A stretch of DNA of 40,127 nt, taken from the NCBI GenBank assembly GCA_947168405.1, contig CAMVLU010000003.1, positions 1 to 40,127 of the forward strand, written 5' to 3'. The position numbers and the translations under genes were made by a program. This document shows positions 1-8,547 of the stretch, in pieces (positions within the stretch are counted from its first letter, which is position 1; every line of letters starts with the position of its first letter). This stretch comes from an uncultured Clostridia bacterium. GTDB lineage: Bacteria > Bacillota_I > Bacilli_A > RF39 > UBA660. The notes under the pieces are model-generated. The model ran no database searches. It was not told the DNA's origin and was given only the letters and a program-made list of their open reading frames with translations.

Positions 1-718
1 TTGATTGAACATTTACAGCTGTTCCCCAAGAGTATGGAATATCATTATCTCTTCTGTATACATTAGCTCTTGGATTATCCCAACTTCTAAATACAGCTTT
101 AATAGCTCCCATTAATTGCTCCTTAGGATCACTAGGGAATTCTTCTCCAATTTTAGCTTTATATTCATCTTTAAACTGTCTTGCTAATTCTTTTAAATCA
201 TCAGCAGTTAATTCAACATCTTGTTTAACTCCTCTATCTGCTTTCATTTTATCAATTAATTCTTCAAAGTATTTCTTTCCAACTTCCATTACTACATCAG
301 AATACATTTGAATAAATCTTCTATAACAATCCCATGCCCATCTTGGATTATTTGATTTTTCTGATAATACTTCTACAACATCCTCATTTAAACCTAAGTT
401 TAATATTGTATCCATCATTCCAGGCATTGAAGCACGAGCACCACTTCTTACAGAAACAAGTAATGGATTTTCTTTATCTCCAAATTTCTTTCCTGTAATT
501 TCTTCCATCTTTTCAATATACTCATTTATTTGAGCTTGAATTTCAGGATTTATTTCCTTTCCATCTTCATAATATTTAGTACAAGCTTCAGTCGTTATTG
601 TAAAACCTTGAGGAACAGGTAATCCAATATTAGTCATTTCAGCTAAGTTTGCACCTTTTCCACCTAAAAGTTCACGCATATTTGCATTTCCTTCAGTGAA
701 TAAATATACATATTTCAT
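1..718 (-). CDS. ppdK: Pyruvate phosphate dikinase, N-terminal part (runs off the window edge)
   Basis: Hand translation from ATG at 718: [46 protein letters not shown], later [27 protein letters not shown], the PPDK signature. GGAGG RBS upstream. Not in the ORF track. Confidence 0.96.
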   Translation of the reverse strand, partial: MKYVYLFTEGNANMRELLGGKGANLAEMTNIGLPVPQGFTITTEACTKYYEDGKEINPEIQAQINEYIEKMEEITGKKFGDKENPLLVSVRSGARASMPGMMDTILNLGLNEDVVEVLSEKSNNPRWAWDCYRRFIQMYSDVVMEVGKKYFEELIDKMKADRGVKQDVELTADDLKELARQFKDEYKAKIGEEFPSDPKEQLMGAIKAVFRSWDNPRANVYRRDNDIPYSWGTAVNVQS

Positions 719-740
719 ATATAATCCTCCTAACCAGTTT

Positions 741-777
741 ATTATATAAAAAAAAAGTTGTATTTTCAACAACTTTT
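741..777 (-). promoter_or_regulatory. Sigma-A promoter for ppdK overlapping an intrinsic terminator of the upstream pilin-like operon
   Basis: Minus strand TTGAAA-17 nt-TATAAT; inverted repeat AAAAGTTG...CAACTTTT followed by a T9 run. Confidence 0.55.
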
Positions 778-812
778 CTAAACAAATCATATTATTTGAC
801 ACAATTTGACAA

Positions 813-1331
813 TTAATTACAAATTGTACTATATTTACAACTACAACCTCCATTTGAATTACTACTACCAGATTTAAATCCACTCTTTCCCCAAGTATTT
901 TTACATGATTGTTCACAGTCTAAATTAGCATCTGTATCTAAAACTGCTGAATAAGTACAAATATTATTACTTAATTGTCCTGTAAACTCTCTACCTAAAA
1001 TCATATTTTTTCTTAAACATGGTTCAGTACAACTATTTTCACTAGAATTTCCATTATTTTTATTATTATTACTTTTTTCAAAATAACAATTAATATTTGC
1101 CATACTACCATCACTTTCATAAAAAGCAAAAGTATAATTACCACAACTAAATTCAATATCTGAACAATTTGAAGAATTATATATATCAGGATCAGCAATT
1201 GTTACTTTGCAATAACATGAATTTTTATAATACACTTTATTTACAGATTTATTAAATGAATCTATTTTAGCACTATTAGGACATGTATAAGATGAACAAT
1301 CATTTTTTTCTCTACTTGGTAAATCTGCTTG
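813..1331 (-). CDS. Cys-rich extracellular domain; in-frame continuation of the 1332..1730 pilin-like gene beyond a single TAA
   Basis: Frame is open from 1331 to 813 ([41 protein letters not shown]...), 15 Cys, no RBS before the GTG at 1235, same frame as the upstream ORF. Confidence 0.6.
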   Translation of the reverse strand, partial: QADLPSREKNDCSSYTCPNSAKIDSFNKSVNKVYYKNSCYCKVTIADPDIYNSSNCSDIEFSCGNYTFAFYESDGSMANINCYFEKSNNNKNNGNSSENSCTEPCLRKNMILGREFTGQLSNNICTYSAVLDTDANLDCEQSCKNTWGKSGFKSGSSNSNGGCSCKYSTICN

Positions 1332-1730
1332 TTATTCAGAAGTATTAGATTCAACCTCTGGTTCATAAATATCTGAACAATTCTTTGTATTTATTTTTTC
1401 ATTCCAACACGAAATCCATGAAGTTGCGGTAACTTCATCTACTGTATCTATACCTTCATCAACTAATTCCATAATTAAATTTATTATAAATGGAACTAAA
1501 AAAACAACTATACCATATATAATTCTTTTTATTAATTTTCTTCTTGCATCTTGTAAAGATTTTTCATCTTCTGCTTTTGTTACTGCATTAAACATATCAA
1601 TTGATCCAAATACAATCAATAATATTGGTACTGTCCATCGAAGAATTTCTAAAAACACTTTAATTACATTTAAAAATGGTTGTAAATTAGCACACATTTC
1701 TTCAACAGCTGTACAATCTAGTATATACAT
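1332..1730 (-). CDS. VirB2/TrbC-like (T4SS-pilin-type) two-TM small membrane protein, paralogue 4
   Basis: Pattern RWxxPILLIVFGSIDMFxAV...ARxxLIKRIIYGIVVFLVPFII; AGAGGTGA RBS favours ATG at 1730 over the ORF-track start at 1772. Confidence 0.6.
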   Translation of the reverse strand: MYILDCTAVEEMCANLQPFLNVIKVFLEILRWTVPILLIVFGSIDMFNAVTKAEDEKSLQDARRKLIKRIIYGIVVFLVPFIINLIMELVDEGIDTVDEVTATSWISCWNEKINTKNCSDIYEPEVESNTSE

Positions 1731-1768
1731 CGAATCACCTCTTTTAAAGAAAAATGAAGCTATTAGCT

Positions 1769-2254
1769 TCAATCATCACATCTTCCATCATATTGATCAT
1801 AATCGCTACAATCTTCAACCGGAATATCGTAAGCAACATCACAATTCTTATTATTGGAATCACAATTGTATTTACAAGTACAAGTTGATCCGTCACTTGA
1901 TCTATTACTAGAACTTCCACCTTTATACCAACATTCAAAGAAATTACCATTTTTTAAATTATCGTTATTAAGATTATCATTATCTTTTATAATTTGTCCA
2001 GCCATATCAAATGCTAATGTAACTAAAAATGGAATTAAAAATGCTACTAATGCATAAATTAATCTCCTAATAAAAGTACTTTTCGCTTCTCCAGCTTTTT
2101 TATCATCATTACTTGCCATTGCCTTGAACATATCAATTGAGCCTAATATTATTAACACAACTGGTATTGCCCAACGAATTATATTTAAAACAAATTTAAT
2201 TGCTCCTATTATTGTGTTCATACTTGCAGAACATGAATATGCAACTTGAATCAT
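1769..2254 (-). CDS. VirB2/TrbC-like pilin paralogue 3 with Ser-rich linker and 6-Cys C-terminal tail
   Basis: Two hydrophobic helices around KAMASNDDKKAGEAK; tail CTCKYNC...NC...DC...RC; GGAGG RBS. Confidence 0.62.
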   Translation of the reverse strand: MIQVAYSCSASMNTIIGAIKFVLNIIRWAIPVVLIILGSIDMFKAMASNDDKKAGEAKSTFIRRLIYALVAFLIPFLVTLAFDMAGQIIKDNDNLNNDNLKNGNFFECWYKGGSSSNRSSDGSTCTCKYNCDSNNKNCDVAYDIPVEDCSDYDQYDGRCDD

Positions 2255-2268
2255 AAATGTCCTCCTTA

Positions 2269-2628
2269 TTAATTATTTCTTTCATACCAACAAGTAAAGA
2301 AATTTCCATCTTGACTATTTACTTCACCTATTTTATTTTGATCACCATTATCTTTAATAATTTGTCCAGCCATATCAAATGCTAGTGTAACTAAAAATGG
2401 AATTAAAAATGCTACTAATGCATAAATAAGTCTTCTAATAAATCTACTTTTTGCTTCCCCTGCTTTTTTATCATCATTACTTGCCATTGCCTTAAACATA
2501 TCAATTGAACCTAATATTATTAATACAACTGGTATTGCCCAACGTATCATATTCAAAACAAACTCAATTCCCCCAATAATTGTATTCATACTCGTACTTC
2601 TACAAGCTAATATTTGAAATAAATTCAT
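2269..2628 (-). CDS. VirB2/TrbC-like pilin paralogue 2 (no tail)
   Basis: Core nearly identical to 1769..2254; ends shortly after FFTCWY; GGGAGG RBS. Confidence 0.62.
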   Translation of the reverse strand: MNLFQILACRSTSMNTIIGGIEFVLNMIRWAIPVVLIILGSIDMFKAMASNDDKKAGEAKSRFIRRLIYALVAFLIPFLVTLAFDMAGQIIKDNGDQNKIGEVNSQDGNFFTCWYERNN

Positions 2629-2652
2629 ATATATCCTCCCACATCTATTAAT

Positions 2653-2681
2653 ATCATACTAAATTATTAACTATAAATCAA
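2653..2681 (-). promoter_or_regulatory. Sigma-A promoter for pilin paralogues 2-4
   Basis: TTGATT-17 nt-TATGAT on the minus strand, just upstream of the RBS. Confidence 0.6.
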
Positions 2682-2695
2682 GTTATTTTTCAAAA

Positions 2696-3013
2696 TTATT
2701 TTTTTTCTTGATTACTTTTTACATAATTATAACATTCATACCAACCATCATCATAATCCATTGGCAGTATTTTATCAACTGCACCTAAAATAAATGGAAC
2801 CATGTATGGTATTATAAAAATAACAATGGCATACACGATTTTCCAAATTATTCCTGTTCTTAATTTTTTTATTTCATCTTCTTTTTTTGTAATAACAATT
2901 CTAAAAATATCTACTGTACAAAATACTATCAATACAATAGGAACAAAAAAATGAATAACATTTAAAACTTCTACAACAATTTTTAAAATTGCTTGCATAT
3001 CAGAATTACACAT
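2696..3013 (-). CDS. VirB2/TrbC-like pilin paralogue 1 (most divergent)
   Basis: Same two-TM layout (VPIVLIVFCTVDIFR...KIVYAIVIFIIPYMV), N-terminal Cys and WYECY; own promoter TTGCTT-17-TATAAT at about 3034-3062. Confidence 0.58.
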   Translation of the reverse strand: MCNSDMQAILKIVVEVLNVIHFFVPIVLIVFCTVDIFRIVITKKEDEIKKLRTGIIWKIVYAIVIFIIPYMVPFILGAVDKILPMDYDDGWYECYNYVKSNQEKK

Positions 3014-3119
3014 ACATTATCACCTACGGGATGATTATACAATAAATCTATTAAAAAAGCAAATAAATTATTATTAAAACTCAAATTTAAAAAAGATGGA
3101 TTAAATGTTGTTTAATTAA

Positions 3120-3584
3120 TTTAATTCTTCTTTTCCATATATTTCAAAATTTTTTATTTGATTAAGTAAATAGATTCATCAAAAATATATATTTTTTTTA
3201 TCACTATGTTCTTTAATATATTTTTCAATGAGAATTAATTCTTCAAAAGGAGATTTTCTAACAAAATCATAGTTATTCACAATTTTAAAAATCATACAAA
3301 ACCAACAAAAAATGCATTATTTAAATGAAAAATAACAAGACTAGTTCTAAATACTTTCATTATTCCAGCCATTAATAAAAAGTAGAATGTTAATTGTATC
3401 AAATTATAATCACTATATGGAATCAAACCTTTAGCAATATTCAAGGAAAATCCATATTTCCAAACTTCATCAAAAATGAATTCACTAATAAAAAATTCAT
3501 ACAAGAAAATAAACATAAACAATATAAAAAAATATTATTTAAATCTAATTTAACGTTTAGTTTTTTAATATTAATTTTATTCAT
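3120..3584 (-). pseudogene. Decayed remnant of a GT-C-like membrane glycosyltransferase gene
   Basis: ATG at 3584 with AGGAAG RBS, frame change near the T7 tract (3526-3532), motif DEVWKYGFSLNIAKGLIPYSDYN, stop at 3292, then short broken frames. Far too short for the family; left boundary approximate. Confidence 0.55.
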
Positions 3585-3602
3585 AATTACTTCCTAATTT
3601 TT

Positions 3603-5107
3603 TTATTTAACTTCCCATAAAATGAAATAATCATCTTCATAAAGTTTATTATAATTATATGCTTTATCAATTAGAATATTTAATTTATTATCTTTATATA
3701 AAATATAATAATTAAACTGATATTTTTTAGATATTTCATCAAAATTATAATAAATATTTTGGTAATCAGTTAATATATCATCACCATCAAATTTATTAAA
3801 TTCTTTCATATATAAATCTGCTCTTGAATCAATAAATACAGGAATATCATTAAATAACAAATAACTTCCAAAATTATATTCATTAAAAAATTTGTTATCC
3901 CGATAATCAATATTTTCTTTTAAATATTTAACCAATAAAGTTGGATACATAGTATCATCAATATTTTTTAATTTATTAATATTATTTATATAATCTGGAA
4001 TAAATAATACCAGAAAAAAATTTAGTACAAAAACAATAGGAAGAAAAAGCATTTTTTAAACTTATAAAAACCTTTTTGTTTTCTTAAAATAATCTGATTT
4101 AAAATGTTAGAAATAATAAAACCATTAAAAATAATAGAGAAAGAAATTTGTCTTCGACTCATAAAACTTAACAAAGTAAAACCTAAGAAGAAAAATAATT
4201 CTCTTAATGAAATTTTTATCTTTGAAAAAATTAAAAGAAATATTATAAAAATTAAGTATACAAAATATCCAATATTTTGTATTAAAACAAGTGGTAAATG
4301 TTCCGATATTATATTTAAAGAATCACCATTTAGTGTATTAATTAAATAAGTATATGGAATATATTTTAAAGGTGTTAATAAACCAGTAAATAAAGAAATG
4401 AAAAAAATAATAAATAAATATTTTGTATTTTCATTATAATCAATCTTTAATTTATAATATTCCAATTTTATTTTTTTCTTTTTAAAATATAAAGCAACAA
4501 AATATTCGGCAAAAAAAGGAAAATAAATAACGAAATAGAATGGAAAAACAGCCAAATGAATATTAGAAATTAAAATTGGAATTATAACTAAAATTATCCC
4601 ATAAGTTATTTTTTTGCATTTCAGAAATTTTAAAATAAACAAAAATGTCAACACAAACAACAAAAAGGATAATATTTGAGCCCTTGCAGTAAAAAATGGA
4701 ATTAAAAGAAAAAAATTACAAATCGTGACAATAAAGCTAACATACTTATTACTAATATATTTATTGGTTCGATAAATAACTACTAAATTAAATATAGTAA
4801 AAACAATAGTAATTATATATAAACCCAAAAAATTAAATTTATTATAAATTATATATATAATTAAATCAAAAAATAAATGTGGATAACTATAATTTAAATT
4901 TTGAATAAAACAAAAATGATCTTTAAAATCAATACCCTTTTTAAATATTATCTCTCCTATCTTAATTGAATAAAAAGTATCATTTTGAAAAGTTGAAACA
5001 ACGAAAAAAATTGGAAAAAGAAATAATAATGAATAAATAATAAAATTTGATAATTTAATATAATCATCAGGATTTAGTTTATAATACCACAAAGCTAATT
5101 TTTTCAT
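3603..5107 (-). pseudogene. GT-C-fold polytopic membrane glycosyltransferase-like gene split by a 1-nt frameshift (ORFs 4022..5107 and 3603..4052)
   Basis: First-loop motif NDTFYSIKIGEII, many TM segments, C-terminal FNEYNFGSYLL...PVFIDSRADLY. One extra A in the A6 tract at 4052-4057 fuses both ORFs into about 501 aa. Confidence 0.68.
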
Positions 5108-5172
5108 AAATACCTCAAATTAATTATAATATATATTTTACAAAATATAAAGATGTATATGTAAAAAAAAAA

Positions 5173-6162
5173 CTATTTGAAAAAATCAAATAGTCCTTTT
5201 TTATTACTTTTTTCACTAACTGGCGATATAATTCCTAGTTTTGTCAATAATTTATCCAATTCTTTATTGTTCTTTCGATCGTTAAGAGGTGGAATATTAT
5301 AATAAACACTAATATTAGCTTCTTTTGCAAATAAATCAACTTCTTGATCAGAAAGCAAACTATTAACAAAAATAACCTTTTTCCCTTTTAATTTTTGAAA
5401 TACTAATCGATCAGAAAATAATAATTTGTTTACTTCCCATAATGATGGATCTAATAAATAAATTACATCATCACAAATACTTTCTAATCTATTATCAGCT
5501 TCTAATAACATTACATCATATCCAAAACTATTATTCAAATGACTTTGAATTTGGTTACTACCTATAGAAACCATATCATCAGATCTATAATACACAAAAT
5601 TCTTTTTATCTATTTCTATACATTGAACTTTTTTTCCTAAAGAATCTAATTCAGTTTTCAACATATAAACAAACTTTGTACTATATGAATTATTTTCAAT
5701 ATTAGAAATACCTAATACGATTCTACCACTACTTGAATATATATCATCTTCTTTATCATCGTGAACAATACTAGGATCACTTTTTTCAACTTTAGAAAAC
5801 TCTTTTACATTATCTATAGTATTACTTCGTTGAACTAATTCCAACAATCCTCTAATATTATCTGTAAAATTATAAATATTTAAACTAACCAAAAAAGATA
5901 AAAATCTTTTTGGGGGTGGATTATCCGGTGGTAAAAATAAAATAAGTTTATCCATATCAAAACTTTTTGATAATTCTTTTAAGACACTTTCCTTTGGAAA
6001 ATCTTGAATTGCAGTAGCATCAATAATAATTTTTTTATAAAAAATAGAATTAAAACTGTTTGCAATTTGACTTACTTTGTATACACCATTTAATTCTTTT
6101 AATACTTCAATATTTGTTCCATATATTAAATCTCTATATTTATTTGTAACTATAATATTCAT
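5173..6162 (-). CDS. CpaE/TadZ-like degenerate ParA/MinD-family pilus localisation protein
   Basis: Receiver-like N-terminal half, MinD-like strands (RIVLGI...LGKKVQCIEID, YDVMLLEAD), no intact Walker A, C-terminal amphipathic KKGLFDFFK; located in the tad cluster. Confidence 0.5.
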   Translation of the reverse strand: MNIIVTNKYRDLIYGTNIEVLKELNGVYKVSQIANSFNSIFYKKIIIDATAIQDFPKESVLKELSKSFDMDKLILFLPPDNPPPKRFLSFLVSLNIYNFTDNIRGLLELVQRSNTIDNVKEFSKVEKSDPSIVHDDKEDDIYSSSGRIVLGISNIENNSYSTKFVYMLKTELDSLGKKVQCIEIDKKNFVYYRSDDMVSIGSNQIQSHLNNSFGYDVMLLEADNRLESICDDVIYLLDPSLWEVNKLLFSDRLVFQKLKGKKVIFVNSLLSDQEVDLFAKEANISVYYNIPPLNDRKNNKELDKLLTKLGIISPVSEKSNKKGLFDFFK

Positions 6163-6168
6163 ATTTTA

Positions 6169-6585
6169 TCACCTACATACATATGATGGATTACATGATG
6201 TTCCATATATTGTTTTTGTTTCATTTCTAATTGGTAATTTCAAACTAACACCAATCATAGGTAAATCAAAATTAACTACAGTTTCAATTTTATAAACAGA
6301 ACTAATTTTTCCATCTGATGAATTATTATATTCATAACAACATACTTTTAAATCATTATAATACTTTCTTTCTTTTAAAGCACCATATAATGTGTTGTCA
6401 CCAGCTTTATCACTTTTTGTTCCCAAGGCAACTTGTCCTTCGGTTCTTTCAAGCATAGTTAAAACATAGTTACTAGCACGATAACAAGCCGCATAATTCA
6501 TTATTAATGCTATAAAAACTATAAATATGGCTAAAAAACCTAATATAATATAAAACAAAATTGAACCTCCTACGGCTTCTCTCAT
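6169..6585 (-). CDS. TadE/F-like pseudopilin (minor pilin)
   Basis: Short leader MREAVG, one N-terminal hydrophobic helix, small Cys-containing beta-rich domain; directly downstream of the Flp-like gene. Confidence 0.55.
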   Translation of the reverse strand: MREAVGGSILFYIILGFLAIFIVFIALIMNYAACYRASNYVLTMLERTEGQVALGTKSDKAGDNTLYGALKERKYYNDLKVCCYEYNNSSDGKISSVYKIETVVNFDLPMIGVSLKLPIRNETKTIYGTSCNPSYVCR

Positions 6586-6599
6586 AACTACCTCCTAAA

Positions 6600-6770
6600 T
6601 TATCTATTATAATCTGCTTTTGCTGAATTTCCTTGACTTGTAAAATCTCCCCACATATTTGTAATTGTATCAGAAATTGGTTTTCTAAAAGCCATAAAAA
6701 TAGCTAAAATAACACCTGCAGCTATAATTACAATAAGTGTCATTGATAATTCTCCACTTGCTTCTTTCAT
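6600..6770 (-). CDS. Flp-like major pilin, 56 aa (below the ORF-track cutoff)
   Basis: MKEASGELSMTLIVIIAAGVILAIFMAFRKPISDTITNMWGDFTSQGNSAKADYNR; AAAGGAG RBS; own promoter; follows tadC. Confidence 0.8.
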   Translation of the reverse strand: MKEASGELSMTLIVIIAAGVILAIFMAFRKPISDTITNMWGDFTSQGNSAKADYNR

Positions 6771-6801
6771 TATTATTTCTCCTTTCTATTATTACTAAAA
6801 T

Positions 6802-6830
6802 AATATATCATAAATTATATTTAAAATCAA
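6802..6830 (-). promoter_or_regulatory. Sigma-A promoter for the Flp-like pilin
   Basis: TTGATT-17 nt-TATATT with extended -10 TG. Confidence 0.5.
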
Positions 6831-6844
6831 TAATATTTTACACT

Positions 6845-7633
6845 TTATGACCAACTCATCATCATCATAACCATCGCAAGGAATATTACTAACATAGTTC
6901 CTCCTCCAGTTACAATTAGCATTGACATAGTCTTTTTTTCCATTTTATTTAATCTTGCAGCATATTTTTGTTCTCTTGCTTTATTTTGTAAAGATGAAAC
7001 ACTTTTAGAAAATACAGATAACTGTTCTTGTTTATTTTCTTGTGCTCCAATACTAAGTCTATAAAGAAGTCTCATCATTCTTAAAGAATCTCCAACTGGA
7101 TACTTTTCAGCAAAGTCTAAGTAAGGTTGAATTGAAGAATCACCTGAATCAATCTTATGTATCATTTCTTGTAATCCTTCTCTAAACATCTCAGGTGCAG
7201 TATCAATTGATCTAGATATAGCAACTGGTATAGTATAATGCTGAGCAAGTATTTCAATACTTTTTAAGTAATATGGTAAATTTTGATCTATAACTGTCAA
7301 ATTTTTCTTATACCATCCCTTTAAACTAGAATATTGATTTCTATATATTACAATTAATATAACTATTCCAATAATTAAATTAATCCATGTAAAGTTGAAA
7401 AGCAAAACTGCTAAGACAATAGCAAACCAAATCATTATATTTTTAATTCTTTTTTCAAACATTACATCAGGATCAGCATTACCTTGATATTTTGCCTTTA
7501 CTAAAAAATCATAATCTTTTTCTTTTAAATATGCAAATAATGCTTTATTATCTTCATATAATTTTTTTGTATTAATTGCTCCTCCATAACTAAGAACAAA
7601 TAATATTATTAAAACAACAATTGCAAATTCCAT
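6845..7633 (-). CDS. tadC: TadC-like (T2SS-F family) pilus platform membrane protein
   Basis: TM pair followed by IDQNLPYYLKSIEIL helical domain and C-terminal TM; follows cpaF-tadB; stop/start overlap with tadB. Confidence 0.65.
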   Translation of the reverse strand: MEFAIVVLIILFVLSYGGAINTKKLYEDNKALFAYLKEKDYDFLVKAKYQGNADPDVMFEKRIKNIMIWFAIVLAVLLFNFTWINLIIGIVILIVIYRNQYSSLKGWYKKNLTVIDQNLPYYLKSIEILAQHYTIPVAISRSIDTAPEMFREGLQEMIHKIDSGDSSIQPYLDFAEKYPVGDSLRMMRLLYRLSIGAQENKQEQLSVFSKSVSSLQNKAREQKYAARLNKMEKKTMSMLIVTGGGTMLVIFLAMVMMMMSWS

Positions 7634-8529
7634 TATTCAGCCCCCACATTCTCGTTATAATATTTTTCTCCAGATAGAAGAAAATAACTATTAAATAATA
7701 TAACTATATGTAGTCCTATTTGCATCAATAAATTAGTACTAACTAAACTAATATATGTTTCTTTACCAATTAACCATTGAACAGCCATTATCATTAAATA
7801 AAGCGTTAAGCCATAAGTAACAAATGATTTATGGAAAGCTTGACGATTCATTCTATCTTGATAAACACCTTCAACCAATTGGTCAACATCAAGAAGCATA
7901 TTATCTAATACTTGTACAGTATCATGAGCACCTTCTCTTGTTACTTGCAAAAATAACTGATGCATATTTCTAGTCATATAAAAATCATATTTACTATTCA
8001 TATAGTCAATTGATTCTCCTACATCACCATTGTGATATGCTAAATCAATCATTACCTTAACATCTGTTTTTAATGGTTCTTCCAATACACCTGAATTGTA
8101 AACACCTTCAAGTGCTTTAACAAAAGATTGAGTTGTTTGAAATTCCATAATGGTATTAGTTACATATACTTGAACTTGTTCAAATATAAACTCACTATAT
8201 AGCCTTTTACATCTTAAATATGCAAGATATGGAATCATTGCAACAACAACTACTACATAAACAAAAGATATTACAAAATTATAAAAATATAAATAAGATA
8301 TAATGAATGCTACTGCTGCGAAAACAACAACTTGAAATGTATATTGTTTTTTTGTATACTCAAGTCCCATCTCTTTACATCTTTCTCTAATATTTTTAAA
8401 GGAATATGGGGCATATTTATCATACACATTTCCTATACTAGTTGTAACGAATTTATATAAAGATTCTCCATTGCTTTTACGATATAAGACAATAAATAAC
8501 ACAATAAGCAATACAATTATAAATTCCAT
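7633..8529 (-). CDS. tadB: TadB-like (T2SS-F family) pilus platform membrane protein
   Basis: TM-soluble-TM layout typical of TadB; immediately downstream of the CpaF ATPase. Confidence 0.65.
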   Translation of the reverse strand: MEFIIVLLIVLFIVLYRKSNGESLYKFVTTSIGNVYDKYAPYSFKNIRERCKEMGLEYTKKQYTFQVVVFAAVAFIISYLYFYNFVISFVYVVVVVAMIPYLAYLRCKRLYSEFIFEQVQVYVTNTIMEFQTTQSFVKALEGVYNSGVLEEPLKTDVKVMIDLAYHNGDVGESIDYMNSKYDFYMTRNMHQLFLQVTREGAHDTVQVLDNMLLDVDQLVEGVYQDRMNRQAFHKSFVTYGLTLYLMIMAVQWLIGKETYISLVSTNLLMQIGLHIVILFNSYFLLSGEKYYNENVGAE

Positions 8530-8547
8530 AATATCACCTCTTTATTC

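Noticed and set aside
748-756. T9 tract in the ppdK promoter spacer as a phase-variation switch
   Set aside because: Explained as the U-tract of the overlapping terminator; such runs are common at this AT content.
4045-4065. Programmed -1 ribosomal frameshift in the GT-C gene
   Set aside because: The in-frame heptamers do not fit X-XXY-YYZ and no downstream stimulatory structure is evident; an indel is simpler.
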